Positions 19,353-29,666 of a stretch of 64,000 nucleotides of DNA are shown piece after piece; within the stretch, counting starts at the first letter, position 1; each line of letters begins with the position of its first letter. Made by a program: the position numbers and the translations under genes. The notes beneath the pieces were generated by a model that saw only the letters and a list, made by a program, of their open reading frames with translations, had not been told where the DNA came from and ran no database searches. The stretch covers positions 199-64,198 of the forward strand of contig DBFVEH010000013.1 in the NCBI GenBank assembly GCA_048526005.1, given 5' to 3'. This DNA is from Eubacteriales bacterium (GTDB lineage Bacteria; Bacillota; Clostridia; Oscillospirales; CAG-272).

Positions 19353-20321
19353 ATGGAAAGCTATAACGACGAATACGGCGCGGAATACAGCGTGCCGTTT
19401 GCCTCGGTCATAGAAGAATTCAAGCTTGAGGTGATCCATATCCCCGAGGGGAAAAAAGTCAAAATCACGCGCACGGACGTCAATCGTCCCGGACTTGCGC
19501 TCGCCGGCTTTTTTGAATGCTTCGACCACAACCGGATCCAGCTGATCGGCAATGCGGAGCATCAGTATTTGGCGTCTCTCTCCAAAAAAGAGCGATTCTA
19601 TAAAATGGAACAGCTCGCCGTGCACAATCCGCCGGCGATCATCGTCACGACCGGCCTTTCCATTTTTGACGAGATTTTGGAGGCGGCGAAAAAATACGGC
19701 GTCGCGCTGGCGCGCACGCAGGAGAAAACGTCCGCCTTTCAGGCGGCGCTGATCGCGTCGCTTAATATCAGCTTGGCGCCGAGAATCACAAGGCACGGCG
19801 TGCTTGTGGAGGTTTACGGCGAGGGAATTTTAATTCTCGGAGAAAGCGGCGTCGGAAAAAGCGAAACGGCGATCGAGCTTGTCAAGCGCGGGCACAGACT
19901 GATCGCGGACGACGCGGTGGAGATCAAACGTGTTTCCGCCAAAACGCTCGTCGGCACTGCGCCGGAGATCATCCGCCATTTTGTCGAGCTGCGGGGAATC
20001 GGCATTGTGGACGTGCGCCGCATCTTCGGTATGGGCGCCGTCAAGGAGAGCGAAAAAATCGATATGATTATCAAGCTGGAGCCTTGGGATCAGAATAAGG
20101 TTTACGACAGAATGGGACTGGACAGCGAGACGACCGACATTCTCGGCATCAAAATCACGACGACGACGATCCCCGTGCGTCCCGGACGGAATCTCGCGAT
20201 CATTCTTGAAATCGCGGCGATGAACAATCGTCAGAGGAAGATGGGTTATCATACGGCTGAGGAGTTCAACAAACGGCTGATGGAGCATATGACGGCCAAA
20301 AAGGAGCCGGAGGATGAATAA
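19353..20321 (+). CDS. hprK: HPr kinase/phosphorylase
   Basis: P-loop GESGVGKSETAIELVKRGHRLIADD. Start trimmed to the ATG after RBS AAAGGAG. Confidence 0.9.
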   Translation: MESYNDEYGAEYSVPFASVIEEFKLEVIHIPEGKKVKITRTDVNRPGLALAGFFECFDHNRIQLIGNAEHQYLASLSKKERFYKMEQLAVHNPPAIIVTTGLSIFDEILEAAKKYGVALARTQEKTSAFQAALIASLNISLAPRITRHGVLVEVYGEGILILGESGVGKSETAIELVKRGHRLIADDAVEIKRVSAKTLVGTAPEIIRHFVELRGIGIVDVRRIFGMGAVKESEKIDMIIKLEPWDQNKVYDRMGLDSETTDILGIKITTTTIPVRPGRNLAIILEIAAMNNRQRKMGYHTAEEFNKRLMEHMTAKKEPEDE

Positions 20322-20347
20322 ATCTCCGGGAAAACGGTAAATGGTAA

Positions 20348-21433
20348 ATGAATATGGAACATGAAAATAAAAAATCGTCCGTCAATCTGCGTTCGCTGTG
20401 GCTTACGATGGCGCTGTGTGCCGTCCTTTTGGCTGCGGCGGCCGATCTTGCGTTCGGGACGCGGCTCATCGGAATGATCGCCCTTATGGGAGCGGCAGGG
20501 ATTTTCACGGTGATTCTTTTGACGTGTGAGATCTATGTCTCCGTTCTCGACGGCGCGGTTTCCCTTGTGATTTTATATTTTGCAGGCGGTATGACGGCGG
20601 TGTTGCCGGCGCTTGGCGCCGTCTTTATCGTATGCGCGTTCGTTTTGTCGCGCCTTATCAAGAAAAAATGCTCGAAAACGTCCGCGGCGGTCGCGCTTAC
20701 GATCGTGCTGCTTTTGTACTTTCTCATCCTTGCGGCGGTTTTATACGCGGCGGACGGACATTCGCTGGCGCCTAAGGACGTGATGCATGATCTGAACAGC
20801 TTTTTTGATGAAGTGAAAAGTGAAGCCGCAGACTGGGGAAGGGCATATGTGGACGAACTTCCGGATCAGACGATCCGGTTTTACGAAAATATCGGCGTCA
20901 GCACGGAGGAGCTTCGGGAGTCGTATGCGGCGAGTGCCGAGGCGGCCGTGGACGCCGTGCAGATGTTTCTTCCGGGAGAAATCCTTCTTCTTTTGCAGGT
21001 GCTCGCTTATCTTGGCGTTTGCTTCTTTGTCCTCACCGTAAAGCAGGCGAGATATGAGGCGCTGCTTCCGGAGCCGCGATGGGTATTGTATCCGACGCAG
21101 GTGACGTGCATCGTCTTTATGGTGACGACCTTTGTATATATGATCGCCTCTTTCTTCTCCGGCACGACAGCTTTTGCGGTGGTCTCCGCCAATCTGATGC
21201 TCGCGCTTTGGCCGTCCATGGCGGCATGCGGCGTCAGAGGACTGGCGGTCCGCCTGAAGCATCCCGTGCTGAGGGGGCGGACGCTTCTCATTCTCGGCTT
21301 GTTCGTTTTGTTCGGACTTTTCATGCTGAACCTTACGCTTTCCGTTGCGGCGATCCTGCTGGCTTTTCTCGGAGCGAGAGACGTATCCTCGCTTCGCATG
21401 GCGGAAGCGGAGGCAAATAAAAAGAAGAAATAA
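20348..21433 (+). CDS. Polytopic membrane protein, YybS-like (DUF2232) by position upstream of gdpP
   Basis: Multiple TM helices. The yybS-gdpP gene order is known from Bacillus. No diagnostic motif recognised. Confidence 0.45.
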   Translation: MNMEHENKKSSVNLRSLWLTMALCAVLLAAAADLAFGTRLIGMIALMGAAGIFTVILLTCEIYVSVLDGAVSLVILYFAGGMTAVLPALGAVFIVCAFVLSRLIKKKCSKTSAAVALTIVLLLYFLILAAVLYAADGHSLAPKDVMHDLNSFFDEVKSEAADWGRAYVDELPDQTIRFYENIGVSTEELRESYAASAEAAVDAVQMFLPGEILLLLQVLAYLGVCFFVLTVKQARYEALLPEPRWVLYPTQVTCIVFMVTTFVYMIASFFSGTTAFAVVSANLMLALWPSMAACGVRGLAVRLKHPVLRGRTLLILGLFVLFGLFMLNLTLSVAAILLAFLGARDVSSLRMAEAEANKKKK

Positions 21434-21499
21434 CGCCGTCCCGCCGTTTTCGGGCGGCGGCTTGGATTTTGAAATTTATACCGGAAGGGAGGGATTGCC

Positions 21500-23545
21500 A
21501 TGCCGGAAAAGAACAATAAAATCAAAAGTCATTCCGTTCCGGTCGGCGCGATCGTATGTGCCGCTCTCGGACTCATCGCGCTTGCGGTAAGCGCGATCCT
21601 CATCGTTTACACGGATTATGAACCGGCCAATATCGTGATAGGCGCGCTCGGCTGTTACGGAGGCGCTGTGGTGCTGACCGCGGTGATAAGCTTTGTCGGC
21701 AAAAGAATGGTCGTCGGGGATTTTTCGGAGGTAAAGGGTTCGATATTCGGCACGATTTCCCTTGATTTTATCCAAAAGCTGTATCTCCCTGTCCTGATCT
21801 GTGATGAAAAGGGAAAAATCGTGTGGTACAATACGGCGCTTTCCTCCAAATTCAAGACGCGCGGCGTCCTGTACGGAAAGTATATCGACAATATCTGCAA
21901 CGCCACGATTGAACGGATCATCAAAAGCGACGACCAGGGAGCGGAGGTTTCCTTTATCTCTGCGAGTGAGATCGCCGATGACGACACGGAGGTTTTTGTG
22001 GCCAAGGGTTATCGCGTCGTGTCGAAAAGCAAAGTGTTTTATATCACCATTTTTGAAGATATCACCGAAATCAAAAAGCTGTATGCAAAGCTCGACGATG
22101 AGGAAACGCTCATCGCTTATGCGATGATCGACAATCTCGACGAGCTGATGCAGTATGTGCAGGAGCTGTATGCGAATGCCGCGAGCGATGTGGAGGCGAT
22201 CCTGCGCCGCCATATGGAAAGGGTAGGCGGCGTGCTGCGCGATTACGGTCACAATAAATTCATGTGCATGTTTGCGGCCAAGCATCTTGAGGAATTTGAA
22301 AAGGAACGCTTCTCCATGCTCGACGAGATCCGCGAGATTCATGTCGGCGACACCACGATGCCGGTTACGATTTCCATGGGAATCGCGACGATTTCGGGAA
22401 GCTTATATGAAAAGGAGCGCGCTACGCAGACGGCGCTCGATATGGCGCTTCAACGCGGCGGCGATCAGGTGGTCATCAAGACCGCCGACGGCGTGGAATT
22501 TTACGGCGGAAAGACCAAAACCGTCCAAAAACGCACCAAGGTGCGCGCCCGCGTGATCGCAAACGAGCTGATCATGCTGATATCCGCTGCCGACAATGTG
22601 CTGGTCATGGGACATAAATTCGCCGATTTCGACGCATTTGCTTCCTGTATCGCAGTCGTCCGGCTTTGCCGGTTCTGCGGGGTACAGGCGCTTGTCGTAT
22701 CGGATAAAAACGATAAAAATCTCGCCGGCTGTTTCAAACGGCTTGAGGGGAATCCCGAATACCGGAATCTGTTTATCGATAAAATCGAAGCGCAGGATAT
22801 GATTCACAGCGGCACGCTCGCGGTCGTCGTCGACGTGAACAACATCGATTTCTGCGAAGCGCCGGACGTCGTCAATACGGTACAGAATCTCGTCATCATC
22901 GACCATCACCGCAAAACCGCCGAATTCAAAAATACGCCGAAGATCGCCTATATCGAGCCGTCCGCAAGCTCGGCCTCCGAGCTGATGAGCGAATTTTTGG
23001 AGCAGATCCTCCCGCAGGGCACGCTTCCGAAGGTCGAGGCAGACCTTCTGCTTGCCGGCATTCTTCTCGATACCAAGCGGTTCACGCACAATACGGGTGT
23101 CCGCACCTTTTCCTCCGCGCTGTATCTGCGCAGCGAGGGCGCGAGTCCGATCGACGCGCAGGATCTTTTCAAAATGGGCATCGAGGATTTCCTTTCCGAA
23201 GCGAAATTTGAGAGCAACGTCGTCATTTATAAATCCGTCATCGCCATCGCGCTCAACGACAGCGACGAAAACACATCCATCGGGCGTGTCAACGCCGCGC
23301 GCGCCGCAGACCGGCTGCTTGGCGTGGAGGGCGTGCTTGCCGCATTCGCACTTTGCCGGATCGGGGATACCGTTCACATTTCCGCACGCTCTCAGGGAAG
23401 GATCAACGTTCAGTTGATTTTGGAGAAGATGGGCGGCGGCGGTCACTTCGATTCCGCCGGTGCACAGATGAAAAGCTCGTCCGTGGCGAACGCTCTGACG
23501 ATGCTGCGCACGGCGATTGACGAATATTTAGCGGAAAATATGTGA
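21500..23545 (+). CDS. gdpP: Cyclic-di-AMP phosphodiesterase GdpP (TM, PAS-like, degenerate GGDEF, DHH/DHHA1)
   Basis: Two N-terminal TM helices, DHH-type motifs (GHKFADFDA, DHHR), GGGGH in the DHHA1 region, ~680 aa. Confidence 0.85.
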   Translation: MPEKNNKIKSHSVPVGAIVCAALGLIALAVSAILIVYTDYEPANIVIGALGCYGGAVVLTAVISFVGKRMVVGDFSEVKGSIFGTISLDFIQKLYLPVLICDEKGKIVWYNTALSSKFKTRGVLYGKYIDNICNATIERIIKSDDQGAEVSFISASEIADDDTEVFVAKGYRVVSKSKVFYITIFEDITEIKKLYAKLDDEETLIAYAMIDNLDELMQYVQELYANAASDVEAILRRHMERVGGVLRDYGHNKFMCMFAAKHLEEFEKERFSMLDEIREIHVGDTTMPVTISMGIATISGSLYEKERATQTALDMALQRGGDQVVIKTADGVEFYGGKTKTVQKRTKVRARVIANELIMLISAADNVLVMGHKFADFDAFASCIAVVRLCRFCGVQALVVSDKNDKNLAGCFKRLEGNPEYRNLFIDKIEAQDMIHSGTLAVVVDVNNIDFCEAPDVVNTVQNLVIIDHHRKTAEFKNTPKIAYIEPSASSASELMSEFLEQILPQGTLPKVEADLLLAGILLDTKRFTHNTGVRTFSSALYLRSEGASPIDAQDLFKMGIEDFLSEAKFESNVVIYKSVIAIALNDSDENTSIGRVNAARAADRLLGVEGVLAAFALCRIGDTVHISARSQGRINVQLILEKMGGGGHFDSAGAQMKSSSVANALTMLRTAIDEYLAENM

Positions 23546-23575
23546 TGATAAATACGCAAATCAAAAGGAGCTTTT

Positions 23576-24334
23576 ATGGCGACGAAGATTTGGGCGCACA
23601 GAGGCGCTTCAGCCTATGCGCCGGAAAATTCTCTGTATGCGTTTGACCTTGCCGTCGAGATGGGCGCGGACGGCGTGGAGCTCGACATTTATGAAACCGC
23701 GGATGGCAGGCTCGTCATCCATCATGACAATGATATCGAACGCATGACCGGCACGCCTGCGAAGATTTTGGAGACGGATTTCGACGTTCTGCGCTCCTAT
23801 AATTTCTGCGGCGATTGGGGAGACAAATTCGGATTTGTGAGGATCCCCGAGCTTTGCGAGGTGCTGGAGCTGTTCCGGGATACGGATATGACGGTCAATG
23901 TCGAGCTGAAAGAGGGTTCGGTGAATTATCTGAGGGCAATCGACAGAACGGTGACGGATTTCGGTATGCAGGAGCGGATTCTCTATTCCTCCTTCGATCA
24001 TTTCAAGCTGTATCATATGAAGAAGATTGCTCCTTCCTGTAAAACTGCGGCGCTGTATTCCGAAAACAGGATGTTCCCGTGGGTGTCCGGAAAAATGCTG
24101 GAGCTTACGGCGCTTCATCCGCATTACAGCCAGCTCTACCGGCATTTTGATTTGGGGATCGATTATGTGAGAGAGGCGCATCTGTATGGGCTCGAGGTCA
24201 ACGTTTGGACGGCGGACAAGGAAGCGGTGCTTCGCGAGATCGCTTCATGGGGCATCGACCATATCATAACGGATTATCCCGATGTCGCAATGCGGATTAT
24301 CGAGGAGGAACGGAAAAAGAAAGGGACTTTATAA
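23576..24334 (+). CDS. Glycerophosphodiester phosphodiesterase
   Basis: N-terminus IWAHRGAS..APENS and the ELDI motif of the GDPD family. Confidence 0.9.
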   Translation: MATKIWAHRGASAYAPENSLYAFDLAVEMGADGVELDIYETADGRLVIHHDNDIERMTGTPAKILETDFDVLRSYNFCGDWGDKFGFVRIPELCEVLELFRDTDMTVNVELKEGSVNYLRAIDRTVTDFGMQERILYSSFDHFKLYHMKKIAPSCKTAALYSENRMFPWVSGKMLELTALHPHYSQLYRHFDLGIDYVREAHLYGLEVNVWTADKEAVLREIASWGIDHIITDYPDVAMRIIEEERKKKGTL

Positions 24335-24350
24335 AGTCCCTTTCTTTTTT
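24318..24350 (+). terminator. Intrinsic terminator
   Basis: AAAGGGACTTT/AAAGTCCCTTT hairpin enclosing the stop codon, followed by CTTTTTT. Confidence 0.75.
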
Positions 24351-24498
24351 GCGGGAGAAAGTATGTCATATTTTAAATTTTTTGCATGAGAACGCCGGAT
24401 ATGCGAAAACTATTGATAGAAAAAATCCGATGACTGCTTCGCAGCTTCGGATAAAACTATCATATGGAATCCGTCCCATGGACGGAATGGAGGTTATC

Positions 24499-24702
24499 AT
24501 GGAAAAGAATATGACGAACGGCGAAATTCCGCTCGGCCTTGGAATGGCGTTCGCTCAGAACACGGCGGCGATGGAACGCTTTGCCGCCATGAGCGAGCAG
24601 GAAAGACAGAATATCATCAGCATGGCGCAGAATGTAGGCTCCAAAGCGGAGATGGCGGCTTTTGTGCAGAAAATCGCCGACGGGCACGCTGCAAATTCCT
24701 GA
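24499..24702 (+). CDS. Small hypothetical protein (67 aa)
   Basis: RBS GGAGG with 5-nt spacing to the ATG. Helical, Ala/Met/Gln-rich sequence; no family recognised. Confidence 0.45.
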   Translation: MEKNMTNGEIPLGLGMAFAQNTAAMERFAAMSEQERQNIISMAQNVGSKAEMAAFVQKIADGHAANS

Positions 24703-24740
24703 GATGAGATTTTTTGCAAAAAGTTATACGGAGGCAAGAC

Positions 24741-26210
24741 TTGAAGAAGGAATCTCTATGGCATAAGACGGTCTCCGTTCCCGCTTATTCGCCGCTTTCG
24801 GAAGGGCTCCGCACGGACGTCGCCGTTATCGGCGGCGGCATCGCGGGCATTTTGACCGCATTCGAGCTGACGCGGCGCGGCGTTCGGTGTACTGTTCTGG
24901 AAGCCGGCAGAATATTGAGCGGACAGACGGGGAATACGACCGCCAAAATCACATCGCAGCACGGGCTTATCTATGATAAGCTGATCAATACGATCGGCTT
25001 CGAGCATGCGCGTGCATATGCTGCGGCAAATGAAAGGGCGGTATCGGACTATGGAAGGCTTGTCAGAGAGCGGGGCATCGACTGCGAATTTAAAACGCTT
25101 CCGTCTTATGTTTATTCCACTAAAAACGCGGAGTACCTAAAAAAGGAGGCGGAGTCCGCCGCTTCCTTGGGGATCGCTGCGTCCTTTGTCACGGACGTCA
25201 TGCTCCCGTTTCCGACGGCCGGCGCCGTCCGCTTTGAAAATCAGGCGCAGTTCCATCCGTTGAAGTTTTTGACATCGCTTCTGCCCGGACTTGAGATTTA
25301 CGAAAATACCGAGGTCTTGTCCGCAAAAGGGAACAGAATCAAAACGAACCGCGGCGTTGTGACGGCGGAAAAGCTGGTGTTCGCGACGAATTTTCCGCCG
25401 ATCAATTTCCCCGGTCTTTATTTTGCGAAAATGCACAGGGAGCGCAGCTATGTCGTGGCGCTGGACGGCGCGCCGATGCTGGGCGGCATCTATTACGGCG
25501 CCGACGAGGACGGTTTTTCTTTCCGAAACGCGGGGAATGGTTTGCTGCTTCTCGGCGGCGCGGGACATCGGACAGGGGAAAATCGGCGCGGCGGACGATA
25601 TGCGGCGCTCCGTACTGCCGCGGAACGCTTTTTCCCCGGCTCCCGCGTGGTGTATGAATGGTCGGCACAGGACTGTATGCCGGCCGATTCCGTGCCGTAT
25701 ATCGGGCGCTATTCCAAATCCGAGCCGAACTGGTACGTCGCGACGGGCTTTCAGAAATGGGGCATGACGAGCGCGATGGTTTCCGCCATGCTTTTGTCGG
25801 ATCTGATTTGCGGAACAAAGAATCCGTATGAGGAGGTCTTTTCTCCCGGGCGGAAAATCTCGGGCGAGTCGGTGCCGCAGCTTGTATCCGACGGCGCGAG
25901 ATCGGCGAAAAGCATCGCGGCGCGTGTCTTTTATCTGCCCGGAAAGGATTTTCACGAGATTGCCCCCGGTCATGCCGGCATCGTATGGGTCGGCGGGCAC
26001 AGACGCGGCGTATATCGGGAAATTCTGCCGGATGGAAAAACGAAGCTTCATGTCGTCTCGGTCAAATGTCCGCATCTCGGCTGTGAGCTTGCGTGGAATC
26101 CGGATGAAAAAAGCTGGGACTGTCCCTGCCACGGCTCGCGCTTCGATATCGACGGGAATTTGCTTGACGGGCCGTCCCAAACGGGCATCGGCATAAGCCG
26201 AAAGGCATGA
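24741..26210 (+). CDS. FAD-dependent oxidoreductase with C-terminal Rieske [2Fe-2S] domain (YhfW-like)
   Basis: Dinucleotide fold VAVIGGGIAG; Rieske motifs CPHLGC and CPCHGSRF. TTG start at 24741 has RBS GGAGG at 6 nt. Confidence 0.85.
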   Translation: MKKESLWHKTVSVPAYSPLSEGLRTDVAVIGGGIAGILTAFELTRRGVRCTVLEAGRILSGQTGNTTAKITSQHGLIYDKLINTIGFEHARAYAAANERAVSDYGRLVRERGIDCEFKTLPSYVYSTKNAEYLKKEAESAASLGIAASFVTDVMLPFPTAGAVRFENQAQFHPLKFLTSLLPGLEIYENTEVLSAKGNRIKTNRGVVTAEKLVFATNFPPINFPGLYFAKMHRERSYVVALDGAPMLGGIYYGADEDGFSFRNAGNGLLLLGGAGHRTGENRRGGRYAALRTAAERFFPGSRVVYEWSAQDCMPADSVPYIGRYSKSEPNWYVATGFQKWGMTSAMVSAMLLSDLICGTKNPYEEVFSPGRKISGESVPQLVSDGARSAKSIAARVFYLPGKDFHEIAPGHAGIVWVGGHRRGVYREILPDGKTKLHVVSVKCPHLGCELAWNPDEKSWDCPCHGSRFDIDGNLLDGPSQTGIGISRKA

Positions 26211-26211
26211 T

Positions 26212-26421
26212 ATGGGGTATTTCAGCTATCACGCCGTCGCACGGCGGCTGATAAAGGAAGGGAAGCTTGCGGGATATTACTTTGCGGACGATTATAACGG
26301 AATACGTCCCGCTTTGGTTTTGCTTTTTGACGACGATATCCATCCCGTCATGCCGATCAGAGAGCATCGCTGGGAGGAGTATCGGGAGCTGATTCCCGCA
26401 GAAAAGGAACTGAAAAAATAA
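26212..26421 (+). CDS. Small hypothetical protein (69 aa), translationally coupled to the oxidoreductase
   Basis: ATG lies 1 nt after the upstream TGA; a terminator follows. No family recognised. Confidence 0.5.
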   Translation: MGYFSYHAVARRLIKEGKLAGYYFADDYNGIRPALVLLFDDDIHPVMPIREHRWEEYRELIPAEKELKK

Positions 26422-26460
26422 ACGGCGCGGCCGGCATCGAATACCGGCGCGCCGCTTTTC
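26422..26460 (+). terminator. Intrinsic terminator
   Basis: GC-rich stem CGGCGCGGCCGG/CCGGCGCGCCG followed by CTTTTC. Confidence 0.65.
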
Positions 26461-26644
26461 TGTGTTCCGGCAAACCGGCCAAAAACGGTTGCAAAATACC
26501 GCGTCCGATGGTATAATGATGCTGCGGGCAAGAGATGTCCGCGCTGTCGGAAACGGAAATCCGCCGGATATGGAGGAAGCCGCGGCTTTCTTGGGTTTCC
26601 GGTATCCTATGGAAAAGAAAACAAAATTATCGGAGGAACCATAT

Positions 26645-29551
26645 ATGGAATTTACAAAGGAAACCGCGAGAGACGCTTTGGGGCTGCCTGAAAAAAAGCT
26701 GTGCCGGCTGTTCGGGGAAAGGATGACGGGCGAATGCTGTGCGTCCTATCTGTCCCTTTCGACGGAGCAGGTTGTCGGCGCTTCCGGACTGCCCTTTTAT
26801 GCCCCGCTTTCCGAGCATATCCTGAATTGTCCCGAAACGGCGCGCTATCTTGAAAATTTTCCCGGACAAAGTCATCTTTTTGTATTCGGAGAGACCATAA
26901 AACACTATACGGAGGGAGGTGAGCTTCCGCTTCCACGCGATATCGAGGCGGCGCTGCGGGAACAGTATGATTTCCTCCTTGGAAGCGCCGGTGTGCTCGA
27001 CGAAAACGGCGACCATATCCTTGACTTGAAATCGGAGAAGATCGGTACGCATTTCGACGTCAACCTGCTCATCGGCAACCGGATCGGCTTTCCGTCTCCA
27101 TTGCTCACGACGCCGAAGGGCGCGCTCGATTCGCTCGGCCGCGGCTCTTTCCGCGGCACCGCGGCAAGGCAGGTCACAGCGACGCGCTACAATCTCATTC
27201 CGGAGCAGAACGGCGAGCCCTGCAATCGTCAGTTCTATCTTGTCGAGGACGGCGAGCAGATCTTCTATTCCGCCGATGTGAAAACGAATGTGAGATCCGC
27301 CGTCTGCCGCCATTCGCAGAATCATTCCGTCATCACCTATGAAACGGAATGCGGTCTGCGCATTACCCGCACCCTCTTTATCCTGCCGCAGGAAAGGGAC
27401 ATGCCGGAGGCGGTCGAGGCACAGCACGTCACGGTCGAGAATCTGACAGGGCGTGAGCGGAAAATCAAGATCGTATTCACCGGCATGTTCGGGCTTGCCA
27501 CGCCGGAATCCGTCATGAACGACATCATCTACGCGAGCGTAACATGGGAATCCGGCGTTTGGAGGATTGACGGAAGGCCGGCGGCGCTTTCCCCGAGCCC
27601 GCATCCGCAGTATTTGAAGCCGTTCAAGCGTTTCGCCCTGCTTCTTTCGGAGGGCGCCTTTATGGACGAATACGCTGCGAATTACATGGATTTTGTCGGA
27701 AACGGGACGCTGGAGAAACCTCAGCATGTCGCGCATCTTGTATCGTCTCCGGCGACGAAGATCGTTCCGTTTTTTGCCCTCGGCAAGACGCTTGTCCTGC
27801 CCGAGGGGGAAGGCGTGTCCGCGGATCTCTTTGTCGGCATGACGATCACGCCCGACGGGACGGACGACGCTCTTCGCGGGATGCTTGACCGCCTGATTGG
27901 GACATATCAAAAGCCCGGCGCGGCGGAGGCCGCGCTTGCCAAGGTGCAGGACTTTACCAAAAAATATGCGGGATATCTTGAAGTTAAAACGGAGGACGCC
28001 GCTTTTGATGCCTATGTGAATCACAATTTGCCGTTTCAGGTATATTATCAGTCCTATGTGTCCCGTTCATTCGCGTGGACCCAGAAGGCCTACCGCGAGA
28101 TCGGCTTCCGCGAGATCCAGGACATGTTCGCCTCCCTTTACTACATAACCGGCATGGGGGAGGACGGGCTTGCGCGCGACATGCTCGGCGAATGGATCTC
28201 GAACGTATATGAGATGGGATATGCCAACCATAATTTTTATCATACCGGCAAGGAGCCCGGCATGTGCTCGGACGACGGGCTTTGGCTTGCGCAGGCGGTC
28301 TATCGCTATGTTTCCCTGACGGGAGACACGGCGTTCCTCTCCGCGCTGTATCCGATTGCGGGTACCAATGAGAAGCGCACGGTGATGGAAACGCTTCTCG
28401 CGGTTGTGACCTACAGCGGGAAAATCTCCGTCGGCGCGCATGGGCTCCCTCTTCTCGATAAGGCGGACTGGAACGACTGCTTAAAGCTCGACGACGATTG
28501 GATCGACGGCCCCGAAAAGGAGAAGCGGTATTTTGAGCAGCTTGATAGGACGGGTGAGCGCTATGGCGCGGCATTCCAAAATTCCTATTCCGAAAGCGTG
28601 ATGAACGCGTTTTTGCTCAAAATCGCATATGACGAGATCGCCGTCATGGCGGGACTTTGCGGGAATACCGCGCTGGAAACGGATATGCGCGGGCTGTCCG
28701 CCGCGCTGGCGGAGCGGATTCAGACGCATTGCTGGAAGGGCGACTTTTTCGCGCGCGCGCTGGTGGGCGGCGCGCGTGAGGGCGTCTATACCTATCTCGG
28801 TGCGGGCGGGGACGGGCTCAGTGCGGACGAGCGCATTTCCGGTACGTATTTTCTCAATTCGTTCAGCTGGTCGGTGCTGGCCGGCGTTGCAAGCGAGGCA
28901 CAGATCGGAACGATGCTGAAAAAGATCAAGGAATATCTTGTGACCGAAGCGGGGATCAAGCTTTGCACGCCGTGCGACCTTTCCCGTCTTGCCACGGGAA
29001 CCGCCACCAGCGCTTATTTCCCGGGCGACAGAGAAAACGGCGGCGTTTTCAAGCACGCGGCGATGATGGCGGCGTCCGCCTGCTTCAAGGCTGCAAAAGC
29101 CGTGTCGGATTCGTCTCTTGCAAAGGAGCTTGCCGAGCTTGCCTTTTTTGCCGTAGATACCGTCCTGCCGTATAAGACCTTGGAGCATCCGTTTACGACA
29201 AAGGGCAATCCGCGTTTCTGCACGCAGTATAACAACAGCATTACCGGCGAGAATATCGGTCCGATGCTTTCCGGAACGGCGAGCTGGCTGAATCTTACAG
29301 TCATGGAGATGCTCGGCGTGGATTATGAGGGCGAGGATATCGTGTTTTCCCCCGTTCTGCCTGAGAATACCGAAAAGACGTCCTACAAAATAACGTCGGG
29401 GGATACCGTTTTGGAGGTGGAGATCCGGAAGAAGCCCGGCTTTGCCCGTGTCACGCCGGACTCGTCGTTCCGTATGGACGGCGTGCCGTTTGCCGGACGG
29501 ACGAGGCGTCCTGCCGACGGAAAAACGCATATCATCGAAATCACGGTTTGA
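26645..29551 (+). CDS. GH94-family glycoside phosphorylase-like protein (cellobiose/chitobiose phosphorylase-like)
   Basis: DKADWNDCLKLD and PGDRENGGVFKHAA resemble the catalytic-region motifs of GH94 enzymes. Start trimmed to the ATG after RBS GGAGG. Confidence 0.65.
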   Translation: MEFTKETARDALGLPEKKLCRLFGERMTGECCASYLSLSTEQVVGASGLPFYAPLSEHILNCPETARYLENFPGQSHLFVFGETIKHYTEGGELPLPRDIEAALREQYDFLLGSAGVLDENGDHILDLKSEKIGTHFDVNLLIGNRIGFPSPLLTTPKGALDSLGRGSFRGTAARQVTATRYNLIPEQNGEPCNRQFYLVEDGEQIFYSADVKTNVRSAVCRHSQNHSVITYETECGLRITRTLFILPQERDMPEAVEAQHVTVENLTGRERKIKIVFTGMFGLATPESVMNDIIYASVTWESGVWRIDGRPAALSPSPHPQYLKPFKRFALLLSEGAFMDEYAANYMDFVGNGTLEKPQHVAHLVSSPATKIVPFFALGKTLVLPEGEGVSADLFVGMTITPDGTDDALRGMLDRLIGTYQKPGAAEAALAKVQDFTKKYAGYLEVKTEDAAFDAYVNHNLPFQVYYQSYVSRSFAWTQKAYREIGFREIQDMFASLYYITGMGEDGLARDMLGEWISNVYEMGYANHNFYHTGKEPGMCSDDGLWLAQAVYRYVSLTGDTAFLSALYPIAGTNEKRTVMETLLAVVTYSGKISVGAHGLPLLDKADWNDCLKLDDDWIDGPEKEKRYFEQLDRTGERYGAAFQNSYSESVMNAFLLKIAYDEIAVMAGLCGNTALETDMRGLSAALAERIQTHCWKGDFFARALVGGAREGVYTYLGAGGDGLSADERISGTYFLNSFSWSVLAGVASEAQIGTMLKKIKEYLVTEAGIKLCTPCDLSRLATGTATSAYFPGDRENGGVFKHAAMMAASACFKAAKAVSDSSLAKELAELAFFAVDTVLPYKTLEHPFTTKGNPRFCTQYNNSITGENIGPMLSGTASWLNLTVMEMLGVDYEGEDIVFSPVLPENTEKTSYKITSGDTVLEVEIRKKPGFARVTPDSSFRMDGVPFAGRTRRPADGKTHIIEITV

Positions 29552-29607
29552 GATATTTGATAGAGGCTCCTTTTTGGCTTCGCCGTTCTGTTTCCTCGAT
29601 AAGGATG

Positions 29608-29657
29608 AAAAAGACCGCCTGTGTGATTTTTCAAATCACACAGGCGGCATATTTTTG
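29608..29657. terminator. Bidirectional intrinsic terminator
   Basis: 15-bp stem CCGCCTGTGTGATTT/AAATCACACAGGCGG flanked by A- and T-runs, between convergent genes. Confidence 0.8.
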
Positions 29658-29666
29658 CCGTCCGGT